A stretch of DNA of 64,000 nt from a virus. The DNA is taken from positions 10,805 to 74,804 of the IMG/VR virus record IMGVR_UViG_3300037258_000374. One strand, given 5' to 3'. A program made the translations under genes and the position numbers. Below, one piece after another: positions 1 to 10,617 of the stretch (positions within the stretch are counted from its first letter, which is position 1; each line of letters opens with the position of its first letter). The notes under the pieces were generated by a model that was not told the origin of the DNA, did not search any database, and worked only from the letters and a program-made list of their open reading frames with translations.

Positions 1-455
1 TGGAGCAGCTCTTCGAGTTCGTCGTGCTCGATGCCGATGCCTTCGAAGCTGGCGCCAGCATCCTGGAGTTCCCGCAGGAAATCGCCGACGTTGTCGGCCC
101 ATCCGGCGCGCATTGTGTTCGCGTTGTCGGCGACAAGGTAGGCGTCTCGCTCGACCTCGTTCTCGAATTCGATGCCGCGCAGCACGGGAACCAGCCACTC
201 TCCACGCTCGTTGATGCCGATGCCCATCGGGACGGCGACTCTGGCCGCGCGCATCGACTCTAACGCTTCGCAGCGGCCATGTCCGGCGACGAGGATCTGC
301 GTGCCCTCGTCGATCGTCGGCGGCGCGACGAATCCCCAGCGCTTGATCGAAGCAACGAGATCAGGGATCGAATGCTCCTTCGGATTCTTCTTGTGTCGCA
401 TCTCGAGCAGGCTCGGCAGCGGCATCATCTCGGTCGTGATCGCAACTCGCTTCAT
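1..455 (-). CDS. ParB/Srx-like N-terminal domain protein (runs off the window)
   Basis: Not in the ORF track because it has no stop in the window. My translation from ATG 455: MKRVAITTEMMPLPSLLEMRHKKNPKEHSIPDLVASIKRWGFVAPPTIDEGTQILVAGHGRCEAL, which has the ParB-like 'SI..wGF..P......lvAGHGR..A' pattern. TAGATT -10 box lies 6 nt upstream. Confidence 0.75.
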   Translation of the reverse strand, partial: MKRVAITTEMMPLPSLLEMRHKKNPKEHSIPDLVASIKRWGFVAPPTIDEGTQILVAGHGRCEALESMRAARVAVPMGIGINERGEWLVPVLRGIEFENEVERDAYLVADNANTMRAGWADNVGDFLRELQDAGASFEGIGIEHDELEELL

Positions 456-780
456 CGGTAGAATCTACGCTGGTTTTTAGCTCGGGCGGCAGCTGGTTCG
501 CCTGCGTCATCGCGCCGCCATCGAAGTCCCATCCGGTGCCGCCGATCCAGACGCCTGGATAGAGCTGCTGCGCGCGCCGGCCGAGCGGCTTGCTCGACTC
601 GAAGATCATCGAGCCGTAGACGCGGCCCCACCCGGGATCGCCGAGCTCGGGCTCTAGCGATTTCATATTTCCGGCGTTGCGGAGCACGACGCGATCGCCG
701 GCAGCTCGATGCCACGCCGCGAGCTTCATCAGCGCGAGGTTCGGCATCTTGCCGTCGAAGCGGAGGAGCAGAACGTTCAC
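361..780 (-). pseudogene. Truncated phage radical-SAM protein (N-terminal part only)
   Basis: DGKMPNLALMKLAAWHRAAGDRV...VYGSMIF...IGGTGWD...LPPE is the typical N-terminus of this phage family. No CxxxCxxC follows; after about nt 480 the frame runs into unrelated sequence overlapping the ParB-like gene. Confidence 0.65.
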
Positions 781-1073
781 GGGAGAGCCCGAGCAGCCTT
801 CGCGCTGAGATAGATGCCGTGGGCGACGCACCACTCTTCGTGCTCGGACTCGGTCTCCGCCTTCACGATCGGCCAGAGACAGAGGCAGCTTCCGGCCATG
901 CCCTGGATGAGCGCTCGCGCGCGGAACGCCTCATCGCGCTGCGCGCGTGTGCCGCTCTGCGTGTGCAGCGACGCTCGCTCCTTCAGCACCTCGCGCATCG
1001 GCCTTTGCTCGAGTTCGGCGGACTCCGTGTACGCGACATCTTCGACGTTCCGTTTTACGCGCTCGTCGCTCAC
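777..1073 (-). CDS. Hypothetical protein
   Basis: GTG start overlapping the upstream stop (GTGA); about 98 aa. Confidence 0.5.
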   Translation of the reverse strand: MSDERVKRNVEDVAYTESAELEQRPMREVLKERASLHTQSGTRAQRDEAFRARALIQGMAGSCLCLWPIVKAETESEHEEWCVAHGIYLSAKAARALP

Positions 1074-2658
1074 TGCGCGCCGCCGGCATCGAACAGCGCG
1101 TTGTCGGCGAGCAGTCCGGCGCGTCCTTCGTCGATGACGTAGTCGAGGTTCACCAGCTTGCGCATCGCCGCCGATGTCGGTCCGCTGTCGGAATACCCGG
1201 CGCGCGCGCGGATCTCTTCGCGCGTCAGCGACTGCGGCCACGCATCGCAGATCACCGTGAGCATATTCTTCTCTGCGGTGTTCAGCCTGGATCCCGACAG
1301 CAGCATTGCGCGGAGGGCGTCTCCCTTGGGAAGCGGCGTGAACGGCCCGAGCGCCTGGAGGCCGGCGTTCGTCACAATGAGTAACTCTCGCTCCTTGATG
1401 GCCCAGCCGTTGGTGACGAGCGCGCGGATCGCGGCCGAAGTGGGGCCGCTGTCGGCGTAGCCGGTCGCGATGCGGAGCTTCTTGAGCGTCAGGCCCTCCG
1501 GGCGCTCGGCAAGCGCGGTCAACATCGACCGCTGGATGCGAGGTATCGCCCCGTCCGTCCGCGGCTTGGATTCGCGCCACGTCACGGTTCCATCGCCGTT
1601 ATCGACGAGCGCGACCTTGCGCATGCGCATCGGCGCCCCCGTCGGCGGCGGCATCTTGATCAGCGTCGACTGCGATGGCATCGGCGGTAGCTGCGTGAGC
1701 GCGGTCGGCCGCGTCATCTTGACGAGGATCGCCATGATGGTGCGGTCGGTCTCGGCGCGGATGCCTTCGACGCGCTTGAGAACCGCCTCGGCGTCGGCGC
1801 CGAGCTGGCTGGAGACATCCTGCAGCCGCTCGATCATCTTGTCGGCGCGCTTCGGATCGAGCTGGACGATCTTCGCAGGCTTTGGTTGCTTCGTGGTCAG
1901 CGCGGCCGACGCACGTGCGGCTAGCTGCTTCTCGAGGTCGATGACGCGCGCCCGGAGCGCCCTCGGATCGTTTGCCTTCATCTGTTCGACCGTGGCGGCG
2001 ATCGTTTTGCCAAGCCGAGCGATATCGACCTGGGCCAGAACCTTGGGCGCGAACGCACGCTCGCCGGCCTTCGGTCGACCTGGCCGAGGACGTTCTTCGA
2101 TAGCACCTGCGGGCACTGCGTGATCAGCGTGCAGCCGATGCCGCGCTGGCGACCACGGCGCACGATGTCTTCGGCGGCTCCGAGCGTGCGGGCTTCCTCT
2201 CCGAACGGCCGCTGCGGCGCGACTGTGTCGGCCTCGTCGATGAACAAGTGCAGCACGTCGCGGTTACGGCGGTACAGCGTCTCGAGGAACGCCGCCATGA
2301 ACCGCAGCGCCTCGCCCTTACGGAACGCCGACAGGTCAACGATCGCCGAGAAGTGCTCTGTCGCGATCGCATCGGCGATCACCTCTCCAGCGGTTGGCTC
2401 GAGCGGCACGTCGCCATGCTCGCCACCGAGGACCGCGATCGGATAGCCCGCCGATTTACCATCCGCTGATGAACGAAGCCCATGCCAAGCGCCTACCGGG
2501 TCGACGACCACAATCTGCTGTCCAGCGTCGAGCAGTTCCTCGGCCTCGACACTAGCGGTGTAGCTCTTGCCACTGCCCTTTTTGGCGAGGATCGCCTGCG
2601 TCCATGTGACGAAGCCTATCGGCAGCGAGAACGTCGGAGAGATTTTCAGCTTCTTCAT
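1070..2658 (-). pseudogene. HerA/FtsK-like ATPase with C-terminal winged-helix repeats, broken near nt 2074
   Basis: Walker A AKKGSGKS, Walker B LFIDEAD and RRGRQRGIG..LITQ lie in ORF 1978..2823 (likely ATG 2658). The C-terminal half (PKAGERAFAPKVL..., two similar GYxDSGPTSAA HTH units) is in another frame, 1070..2116. Confidence 0.7.
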
Positions 2659-2984
2659 GATGGTTGCTTGTGCTCCACGATCAGCGTTGAAAGCTTGGTG
2701 CGCGAGAAGTCGTATTGGATGCGGATCGGCGGCTCCCCGCGCAGCGCGGCCGATTGGTCGAGCGAGCATGTCACGGTGAGCGCCATCATCTCGGCATGCT
2801 TGGTGACGCCGAGCTTGCTCCACATCCCGAGACCGACCTGGACAAGGACCGCCGAGCGAATCATCAGCGCGAGCCGGCGCAGTGCGCTGTCATCGGCCTC
2901 GATGCCTTCGAGCTTGGATACTGCTGCGCGATGCGCGATGTCGATCAGTCGAGTCGCCTCGACGTTGGTCTGGAACTCACGCAT
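2655..2984 (-). CDS. Hypothetical protein
   Basis: 109 aa ORF with overlapping start/stop coupling on both sides. Confidence 0.55.
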   Translation of the reverse strand: MREFQTNVEATRLIDIAHRAAVSKLEGIEADDSALRRLALMIRSAVLVQVGLGMWSKLGVTKHAEMMALTVTCSLDQSAALRGEPPIRIQYDFSRTKLSTLIVEHKQPS

Positions 2985-3228
2985 CGGCAGCCTTTCTGCT
3001 CATCGCTGCGTGAAGATCCGCGATCAAGCCGGCCGCGCCCTCGCCGCACTGGCATTCGTTGACGTGCTGGCCGATGAACGAGAGCTGCATCAGCCGAGCG
3101 TGCGCCGGCCACTTGTCCATGATGGCGGCGATGCCGGAGAAAAACTGCGCCTGCTCGTCGTCGGTCATCGCGCAGAACGACATCGCGAGTTCGGCTGGAG
3201 ATAGCTGGACATCGACCGTGACCTTCAT
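2977..3228 (-). CDS. Hypothetical protein
   Basis: ATG 3228 overlaps the upstream TGA; MKVTVDVQLSPAELAMSFC... Confidence 0.55.
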   Translation of the reverse strand: MKVTVDVQLSPAELAMSFCAMTDDEQAQFFSGIAAIMDKWPAHARLMQLSFIGQHVNECQCGEGAAGLIADLHAAMSRKAADA

Positions 3229-4328
3229 GCCGCCGCCTTCGGGAACGCCGCGTGCTGGACGCCGTCGAGATACGGCAGCTCGATGACACCGCCGCTCTTG
3301 CGTTTGGAGCCGTCGCCGGCCCCGAGTGGAACGCCGACTCCATCTTCGGGTCCCTCGACGGTGCAACCGCACGAGTACACCGCCGTGTCATGGGACACGA
3401 CGTACGCTTTCACCGGCCGTCCGCACGGCCTGTCGCCGTTCGGGTTGTCGGAGTCGCCGCATCTGCCGAGGTCGGTCTCTTGCGCCTGTTTTAGGAAGTA
3501 CGGCACGCCAGCCGCCGCGCACTGATCGCGGATCGATCGCAGCCATTCGACGTTGCACGGCCGCGCTCCAGGTCCGCTCTCGCAGCCGGCGATTACCCAG
3601 TCGACGCCGCAGCAGTGGTCGCTCGTAAGCCAATCTAGGCCGTCCTCGTGGAGCGTCACCGGACCGAGCAGCGGCTCACAACTCAGGAACCGCACCGCGG
3701 CCGGTGTCAGCAGTAGCTCCGGGATGCGCTCGTCGGCCGCTTCCTGATTCTCGACGCTGACGCCTAACCACAGATTCTCCAGCGGCCAACTCGAGCAGGT
3801 GTCTTCGGTCCCCTCGCAGTGCTTGAGCCACGCATCGCCAGTCATGCCGGCCTTCGACGCGAGGTGATTCAGATAGGTCGCATCGTAGAGCGCCGGAGAT
3901 GTACGCGTCACGATGCCGTCGCTGGCAGCCCACTCGAACCACTCGCGCATCCGCTTCGCGCGCTTGGTCAACATCTGGTACGTGTGCTGCGGCGTCGCGG
4001 CCATCACGCCGAAGACCGCGGCGATCTGCTCGTTGGAATAGCCCTCGTGGAACATGTCGGTCATCGAGTTGACGAACACCGTGCTCGGCTGTCGCCATCG
4101 CATAGGCTCGCCGAGCTTGTGCGGAGCGAGCCGGACCGTGCCGTTCCACTTGCCCGTGCGCAAGTTGATGAGGCCCTGCGACCAGCCGCTCTCCGCGAAC
4201 CGCGCGGCAAGGCGTTCGGCATAACACGCCTGGCACCCCGCGCTCACGCGCGAGCAGCCCTGGCCCGGGTTCCACGAGCGACCGACGGTGCCGGGGCGAT
4301 GCGTCCAGCTGATCGAGGTCTCACCCAT
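3225..4328 (-). CDS. Phage Gp37/Gp68 (DUF5131) family protein
   Basis: TSISWT..WNPGQGCSRVSAGCQACYAE, VFVNSMTDMFHE, HTYQMLTKR, NLWLGVSVENQ, RFLSCEPLLGP, DWVIAGCESGPGARP. Confidence 0.9.
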   Translation of the reverse strand: MGETSISWTHRPGTVGRSWNPGQGCSRVSAGCQACYAERLAARFAESGWSQGLINLRTGKWNGTVRLAPHKLGEPMRWRQPSTVFVNSMTDMFHEGYSNEQIAAVFGVMAATPQHTYQMLTKRAKRMREWFEWAASDGIVTRTSPALYDATYLNHLASKAGMTGDAWLKHCEGTEDTCSSWPLENLWLGVSVENQEAADERIPELLLTPAAVRFLSCEPLLGPVTLHEDGLDWLTSDHCCGVDWVIAGCESGPGARPCNVEWLRSIRDQCAAAGVPYFLKQAQETDLGRCGDSDNPNGDRPCGRPVKAYVVSHDTAVYSCGCTVEGPEDGVGVPLGAGDGSKRKSGGVIELPYLDGVQHAAFPKAAA

Positions 4329-4995
4329 CGGAGCCGTCTCCTGGAATCGGCATCACGATCGGCGTCGGCAGCTCCTGGCGCCTGGGGACTGGCTGCGGGA
4401 TCGGCCCCATGATCAGACGCTCCGGCAACAGCTTGAGCCGCTCGTCGAATGAGCGCTGGCCAACCTCGTCGATCACGCGTCTTAGATCGTCGATGTCGCT
4501 GTTCTCGTTGCACAGCGCGACTGCGGCTGCAGCAACCGGATGGTCGGCGCCGAGCTGGGCGAGCAGCTCGCGGATCCACTCCGCCTGCGCCTTGAGCACG
4601 CGCCCCATCTTCGCCATGTCGGGCACGAGATGAGCCGGCAGCCCAGGCGGCGGCGGAATCGGAACACCGCTAGCGGTGCCGATGCCCATCGAGCTGCCGG
4701 CGTCTTCCGACACGCGCCGCGGACCCGACCTCGGCCCACGGTCGCGCACGGCATCCTCGAGATTCTCGATCTTCGTGATCGCGTGCTCGATGTTCCAACG
4801 CGTGCGCTTGACCTCTTCGGCGAGCTTGCTGTCCTTTAGCCATTCGCGACGTCGCCATCGCAACTCCGACGCCATCGCTGCGATCTCATCGGAGTCGGAG
4901 TCGGCATCGTGCGCCACGGCCGATGCTTCGATCTGCACGAGTCGATCGTCGCTGAGGTGACCAGATTCTGCCTTGGATTTGCTCATGGTCATCAC
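4321..4995 (-). CDS. Hypothetical protein
   Basis: 224 aa ORF packed in the operon. Confidence 0.55.
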   Translation of the reverse strand: MMTMSKSKAESGHLSDDRLVQIEASAVAHDADSDSDEIAAMASELRWRRREWLKDSKLAEEVKRTRWNIEHAITKIENLEDAVRDRGPRSGPRRVSEDAGSSMGIGTASGVPIPPPPGLPAHLVPDMAKMGRVLKAQAEWIRELLAQLGADHPVAAAAVALCNENSDIDDLRRVIDEVGQRSFDERLKLLPERLIMGPIPQPVPRRQELPTPIVMPIPGDGSDG

Positions 4996-4996
4996 C

Positions 4997-6295
4997 TCAT
5001 GCCTGCGAGCAGGCGTAGCACTGCGCGCCCTGCGGATCGGCCCTCGGTACCTCGATCACGACTCCGCACTTGGCGCAGTTGCGATCTTCGTAGCCATCCT
5101 TCGGCTTCGAGTCGGACATCCAGCCTGGCTCCTTCTCGGGATCGGAGCCTTCAACGAAAGCCTTCGGCGCCGTGGCGCCATCGGCCGGCGTCGTTTTGGG
5201 CTCCGCGGCAGGCTTGTCCTTGAGCGCAGCCTTCGCTGCGGCGGTTCCCTTGCCGCCGCTCTTCTGGCTCTGCGCTCCAGGATGCTCGGTCTTCGGGTGA
5301 TCGGTCTTCTCTGGAGCCGCAGCGCCGTTTCCGTTTGAGGCCGGCGCCGATGGCGCTGCGGGCTGCGCCTTGGGCGCTGGGGCCTTGACGCGGTCGCCCT
5401 TCGCGCGCGCCTTCTGTGCCTCTTCCACCGCCGACTCCCAGCTGATGTGCCCGTCGCGGATCGCGATCCACAGATTGCGGAGCTCGGTGGTCTCGTGCGG
5501 CGTGATGCGCTCGATCGCGTGACCGAGCCACTGCTCGAGGTCGCTCGGCAAGATGTCGAGCTTGGAGAACCCGTCGAAGACCTCGTTACGAGCAGCATCC
5601 GGATCGCGCGCGTCGGCTTTCGCCATCGTGGCTTCGCAGATTTTCTCGCACTCGGACTGGATGTTGCCGGGGACGAGCCGAAGGATCGCGGTGCGCGCAG
5701 CCTTCGAGATCATCGCAGCCTCCTTGGTGGCCACGTCGTCGTCGTTCGCATCGACGATGTAGATCATATCGCCGTAGCTGTTGACGCGCGTGCGCAGCGC
5801 CCGCTGGCCGCGCTGGAGTTGCTTGCGTTCGATGGTCTTCTTGACCGTGATGTCGCGGTGCCAGCTCGCGTTCGTCTCGTAGTCGGTCGCGGTCACGCGC
5901 ACGAGCCGCTCCTCGTCGCTGTCGAACAGCGTCTGCGCCTCGCACGACATGTTGCCCATGCAGCGCATCGCGACCTCGGCGAAGCGGATGGAGAGGCCGG
6001 TGATTTTCGAACCGCCACGCGGAATCGTATACATCGCCTCCTTCGCAAAGGACGGCCGCTCGCACTCCTTGGTGATGAGCTGGCGGACGTCCTTCGGATT
6101 GCGCGGCCGCCGCATTGCCATTACCCACCGCGCTTGGATATCGGCCGTGGCCTTCGCGATGAGCGCCTGCGTCGCAGCGTTTTCGCCAGCGACCTCGATG
6201 CCGCCGAATCCGCGGCGAACCAGCGTGTTCGTCTGCGGCGCGTCGTAGTCGTCTTCGTCGTGTCCGTTGCCGTCGTTTCCGTTGTCGGTAGCCAT
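4997..6295 (-). CDS. Putative recombination (single-strand annealing-type) protein, partner of the YqaJ exonuclease
   Basis: Directly downstream of YqaJ; conserved-looking core AMYTIPRGG..ITGLSIRFAE; disordered Ala/Pro/Lys linker and C-terminal CxxC-CxxC. Function inferred from position. Confidence 0.55.
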   Translation of the reverse strand: MATDNGNDGNGHDEDDYDAPQTNTLVRRGFGGIEVAGENAATQALIAKATADIQARWVMAMRRPRNPKDVRQLITKECERPSFAKEAMYTIPRGGSKITGLSIRFAEVAMRCMGNMSCEAQTLFDSDEERLVRVTATDYETNASWHRDITVKKTIERKQLQRGQRALRTRVNSYGDMIYIVDANDDDVATKEAAMISKAARTAILRLVPGNIQSECEKICEATMAKADARDPDAARNEVFDGFSKLDILPSDLEQWLGHAIERITPHETTELRNLWIAIRDGHISWESAVEEAQKARAKGDRVKAPAPKAQPAAPSAPASNGNGAAAPEKTDHPKTEHPGAQSQKSGGKGTAAAKAALKDKPAAEPKTTPADGATAPKAFVEGSDPEKEPGWMSDSKPKDGYEDRNCAKCGVVIEVPRADPQGAQCYACSQA

Positions 6296-6309
6296 GATCG
6301 TCTCCTTGG

Positions 6310-7479
6310 TTATGCAGCCGTGTTGGTCTTGCCCCAGTAGCGCGGGCAGTTGAATGGCCTGTTACCAGGCACCTCTGACGTGTGCTCTTCTTCGACCGCG
6401 GTCCCGGCGATCGCCTGCAGCGATTCGACGATCGCGCCGAGCGCAGTTGCGATGACCGGTCGCTCGATGCGATCGATCTCGGCATCCCAAACGGGAGCAG
6501 TCAGACGATCGATCGCGTGCTGCAGCGTGCCCTCGTGCGCGCCGAGCGTGAGCGCCGCGCGGTCCTTGCGGTCCTTGGCGATCGCGGCGTGATCGACGAC
6601 GATGCTCGGCTTGTTGAACTGCCACTTGATTGTGGACATCTGCGCTTTGTTGGAGCGCGAGATCGGCCGGCCCTGGTCCTTGTAGGTGATGCCGGCGTGC
6701 CCGTCGATGATCCGCTTGACGTGCTGGGACAGCTCCTTGACGCGCGTCTCGTCGCGATCGAGCGCAGCCTTCGCATCGCGCAAATCGGCGATGATCGACA
6801 GTGTGTACTCGTCATCGACGAGCAGGATTTTGTCGTCTGGCTTTGCGAATCGCTGCTCGAGATAGCGCGTCCAGGAGTCGCTGCCGTCGGGCTCGGGCGG
6901 CGTCTTGCTCTGCACATGGTCGCGCCAGAACTTCTCCGCTCGCTCGGCGAGCATGCCGAGCAGCTCGTCGTCTCGCTGGATGACGAACTCGGATGGTGAG
7001 CCGCCGAGAAAGGCGACGAGGTCCCAGCGGTCGAGCCCTGTGACCCCCATGCCCCAGACGCACTGGAAGAGCTCGTGGAGCGGAACTTGGTCGGTGCCGG
7101 GGTCTCCGTAGCTTAGGACCCGCAGCGCCTCGGGGCCGTGGACCTTGATCTCGAGGCCGCGGTCGGGCTCGATCGAACCGCGCGGATAAACGAGTCCGTC
7201 CGGTGTCGCGAGCCACCAATCGTGGTGGCGATGCTTCAGCGTGCCGGTCAGGTCGACGCGCACCTGATGGATCTCCTCGTAGTCGTCGCGGATGATTGGC
7301 TCGAGAAGCATCCCCCATTTCGTTTTCAGGTTGCCTTCGAACGGCGGAGCCGCGCCGGTCTTGTCGAGCCACACATCGATCTCGCGCTTCCACGGGTTGA
7401 CGCCGCAGATCGCCGAGATGTCGGTCGCCGTGATGCCGCCGAGCCGCTGCTCCAGCTGTTCAGGGCTCAGGCCGCTCAC
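6310..7479 (-). CDS. YqaJ-like viral recombinase / lambda-type exonuclease
   Basis: RLGGITATDISAICGVNPWK, WGMLLEPII, LATPDGLV, GLEIK; GTG 7479 overlaps the upstream TGA. Confidence 0.88.
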   Translation of the reverse strand: MSGLSPEQLEQRLGGITATDISAICGVNPWKREIDVWLDKTGAAPPFEGNLKTKWGMLLEPIIRDDYEEIHQVRVDLTGTLKHRHHDWWLATPDGLVYPRGSIEPDRGLEIKVHGPEALRVLSYGDPGTDQVPLHELFQCVWGMGVTGLDRWDLVAFLGGSPSEFVIQRDDELLGMLAERAEKFWRDHVQSKTPPEPDGSDSWTRYLEQRFAKPDDKILLVDDEYTLSIIADLRDAKAALDRDETRVKELSQHVKRIIDGHAGITYKDQGRPISRSNKAQMSTIKWQFNKPSIVVDHAAIAKDRKDRAALTLGAHEGTLQHAIDRLTAPVWDAEIDRIERPVIATALGAIVESLQAIAGTAVEEEHTSEVPGNRPFNCPRYWGKTNTAA

Positions 7480-7709
7480 TTGGGCACCTGGACTGGACGC
7501 AGCGACGCCGCGCGCGGGTGGTACAGGCGTCCGTTGACGCGCACGATGTACCATTCGTGATCGCGCGGCACCTGATAGCCGAACTTGTTCGGCGGGCGTG
7601 CGTTGGGAGGCACGATCACGACGACCTCGCCGATCTTGTCCTTCCGCCGTCCGCTGGCCTGTGACTTCCAACGGACGCGATCGCCGACCCTCCACGTGCG
7701 CGGCTTCAC
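7476..7709 (-). CDS. Small hypothetical protein (SH3/KOW-like)
   Basis: WRVGDRVRWKSQ..KIGEVVVIV..YIVRV. Confidence 0.5.
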   Translation of the reverse strand: MKPRTWRVGDRVRWKSQASGRRKDKIGEVVVIVPPNARPPNKFGYQVPRDHEWYIVRVNGRLYHPRAASLRPVQVPK

Positions 7710-7861
7710 TGGCGCACCTCGCTCGCTGCGGCGATCTGATGCCGGAGCGCGGACTCGGTGAACTCGGAGAGCGAGACCTCTTGCTCTGCTGCGGTGGCCT
7801 TCGCGAGTTCGAACAGCTCGCGGTTGAGCGATACCGACCGTCGTGTCTGCTTCTTTGCCAT
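7706..7861 (-). CDS. Ribbon-helix-helix DNA-binding protein (Arc/CopG-like)
   Basis: My translation (51 aa, below the ORF-track cutoff): MAKKQTRRSVSLNRELFELAKATAAEQEVSLSEFTESALRHQIAAASEVRQ. First gene of the left arm; TGA-TAGGGT extended -10 lies 6 nt upstream. Confidence 0.7.
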   Translation of the reverse strand: MAKKQTRRSVSLNRELFELAKATAAEQEVSLSEFTESALRHQIAAASEVRQ

Positions 7862-7956
7862 ACGCGCACCCTATCAGGAGGGCCTGACATCGGACCGCCA
7901 TCGCCATGGCTAGGCGCCATGTTCCAACGTCAGACCGTTGTGGTAACTCCGTGGGC
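7862..7956. promoter_or_regulatory. Divergent control region between left and right early arms
   Basis: Gene orientation switches here. Leftward -10 TAGGGT at 7868-7873; imperfect inverted repeat CTGACATCGGA (7884-7894) / TCCAACGTCAG (7923-7933). Confidence 0.55.
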
Positions 7957-8256
7957 ATGCCGAAGACGCCGATCCCGCTGAGGTCAAATGACCGGATATC
8001 CCCGAAGACCACGCTCGTCAATCTCGCGAACAATTCGCTGCTCGACGCGCTGACAGGGCCGCAGCTCGTCGTCTATCTCAGGCTGCTGCGCGCGGTCGCG
8101 GAGCAGAGGTCGCGCAGCGTGCAGATCATCAACAGCTTGCTGTACCGCGACGCGCGCACGGCCGCTCGCGCATTACGCGAGCTCGAAGACATGGGGCTCA
8201 TCAAGGTCGAGCAGGGCGCGCGTCCGCTCGATCGGAAGATCGAGGTATCGCGATGA
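7957..8256 (+). CDS. Winged-helix DNA-binding protein
   Basis: LTGPQLVVYLRL...RTAARALRELEDMGLIKVE. Confidence 0.6.
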   Translation: MPKTPIPLRSNDRISPKTTLVNLANNSLLDALTGPQLVVYLRLLRAVAEQRSRSVQIINSLLYRDARTAARALRELEDMGLIKVEQGARPLDRKIEVSR

Positions 8257-8449
8257 GCCTCGGAGTCTGCGAGGTCTGCCGCGGAATCGGTGCAACCGAG
8301 ATCCGATGCGGCGCCATCACAACCTGCGAGCGGTGCGGCGGTCGAGGTCTCGTGCCGCCGAGTCCTCCGCTGCCGCCGCTCGGCATCGTCTGGACCGATG
8401 CGCAGTGGGCGGCGGAGAAGCCGTGGCGGCCGGCGGACCGGAGCGCGTC

Positions 8450-8848
8450 GTGAGTGTGACCCGGGCCGACCTCCAGCGCTGGAAGGTGCTCGCGGTCTCG
8501 GCGACGCCGGGGCCGTGGCGTTACGACGGCGTCGACATCGATCAGCTCACCGATGCCGGCAAGGGCTACCCGCTCGACGCCTACCCGGACTCGCACACCG
8601 TCGTCGTCGGCAAGTGCGAGTGCGGCAATCTGAATGTCGCGATCATGCGGCGAGACGACGCCGCTTTTATCGCTGAGTCCCGCGTCGCCGTCCCCGCGCT
8701 GATCGCGGAGGTGGAGAGGTTGCGGGCGGCGCTGCGCGAGGCGTGCGACCTAGCCGACGAAGCGAACGGCGATCCGTCCCAGTGCTCGCACAACGTACCG
8801 ATCGGCGAGCGCATCGACGAGCTTCGGAAAGTCGCAGGCCAGCCGTGA
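8450..8848 (+). CDS. Ea22/ead-like phage protein
   Basis: ATPGPW...DAAFIAESRVAVPALIAEVERLR. Confidence 0.6.
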   Translation: MSVTRADLQRWKVLAVSATPGPWRYDGVDIDQLTDAGKGYPLDAYPDSHTVVVGKCECGNLNVAIMRRDDAAFIAESRVAVPALIAEVERLRAALREACDLADEANGDPSQCSHNVPIGERIDELRKVAGQP

Positions 8849-10617
8849 AGTTCGCGTGGCGCGTCGGTCCGCCTCTGGGCGCCGATGCCGAGTACTCGCT
8901 CACCGTGATCGAACGCGAACTGTTTCGGCAGTGGAAGACACTCGCCGAACTCGAGGTCAAGGTCGAGCGGCTGAAGTCCGCGCTGCGCTACCTGCGCCGC
9001 AAGATCGACGGCTACGACGGCACATTCGAGGCGTGCGGCTTCGAGGAATTCAAGGAGTCGCCATGACCCTACTCTCTGACCTCGAGCGCGAGCACGAGTC
9101 CGACCTCCGCAAGCTCCTCGAGGACCACGCCGCGAGGCTGCGGGCAGCGCTGACGAAGATCAGCGCGATTCGCGACAGCATCGTCGGCATGCAGGGATTC
9201 AATTTCTCCGAGCATGCCTATCCGCTCGTCGCGGCGCTCGGCGAGGCTGGATTCGATGGTGCGGGATATGAGATCGCGCGCGTTAATCTCGGCACACTGA
9301 TCGAGCAGCGCGATCGCGTCGTCGCCGAGCGCGACCAGCTGCGCGGCGAGGTAAAGCGCATGCGTCCCGTGTTCGATGCGGCGCTGGCTTGGAACGCGAA
9401 TGAGCGCGCTCTGTTCTCGTGCGAGTTGCCAGAAGGCTCCACGCACCTCACGCGACTTCGGCAGGGCGAGTGGCAAACAGTCAACGCACTTCGTGCGGCC
9501 GTCGACGCTGCCCGCGACGGGGAGGGATAGCCGTGGCGAGCGTCCAAATTGATCCAGCCTCGATTCGCCATTCGACGCCGTGGGTCAAGCTTCCAAACAG
9601 TGACGCGCCGAGGGCGTGTCCACATGCATGGGAGTTTCACCTTTGGGATGACAGCGAAGCGTACTGCCCGCTGTGTGGGTCGTTCGCGACGTGCACGAAT
9701 CACCCGCACGCTACAAAGGAGCCCTAGCCGTGGCGAGACTGACTGACGAATACGTCAACGAGATCTGTCGCGACACCGGCGATTCCTATGGACCGTCCTT
9801 CGCGACCGCCGACGAGGTGCGATCGATGGCCGCCGAGCTGCGCGAGCGCCGCGGCGCCGACCTGACCAGCGAGGAGCGAGAAGCGTTGCGGACAGCCCGC
9901 GCGATGATCGAGGTGCGCTTTCCGAGCGGTCACGTCGCCCGGTTTGCGCTTTCCGCGCTCGACAAGCTGCTCGGAAAGGCTGACTCGTGATCGCGTCGGA
10001 GGTGCCCCCGCGCGAGCACAAACGTTGCGGCTGTCCGGCATGTTGCCGCGCGGATCGCGCGGGTCATGCGCCGGCGCCGGATTGGCCGGTGGATCCCGAG
10101 AGCGGCCGACTGATCTGCACGCCAGATCGTCCGATGCCGGGCGGCTCCAGGGGGCAATGGCTGCACCCTGGAGCCGAGATCGTCGGCGGATGGGGAACCG
10201 GATGCTGCGACGACATGCGATGCCCGGCGTGCGGCGCGGAGTGGCGCGTGGAGTGGTCAGATTGAGCCGCTGCATCACGCCGAGCGGTCGCCACCGCTGG
10301 CTCGATGTCGCCGGTCAGCCACCAATGCAGTTCGACGATCCGGCCGAGCGCTGCTGCTGCCACTGCGGCGCGCGCGGCCGAGTCGACAAGCAGGGCGTCG
10401 TGAAAGCTGTCCCAGCTCTATGAAGCGGTGGAAAGTGGATGTGTACGGCTACGATTCCGCCGCCTTCGATGCTGTGTCGCGAGGAGCTGCGCGATACGCG
10501 GCGTTCCGCGCCTTCCGTGAAGCCTTCGGTCAGAGCATCAGTTTTCGCGATTTCATCGCGCGTGGCGTTCGCGTCGTGCCGCTCGAAGATGAGGTCGCTC
10601 GTGTCGGTCTACGTTGA
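8845..10617 (+). other. Run of small coupled hypothetical phage ORFs, several Cys-rich
   Basis: Approximately 8845-9066, 9063-9530, 9533-9727, 9730-9990, 9987-10265 and 10420-10617, mostly with ATGA/GTGA overlaps. Confidence 0.5.
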
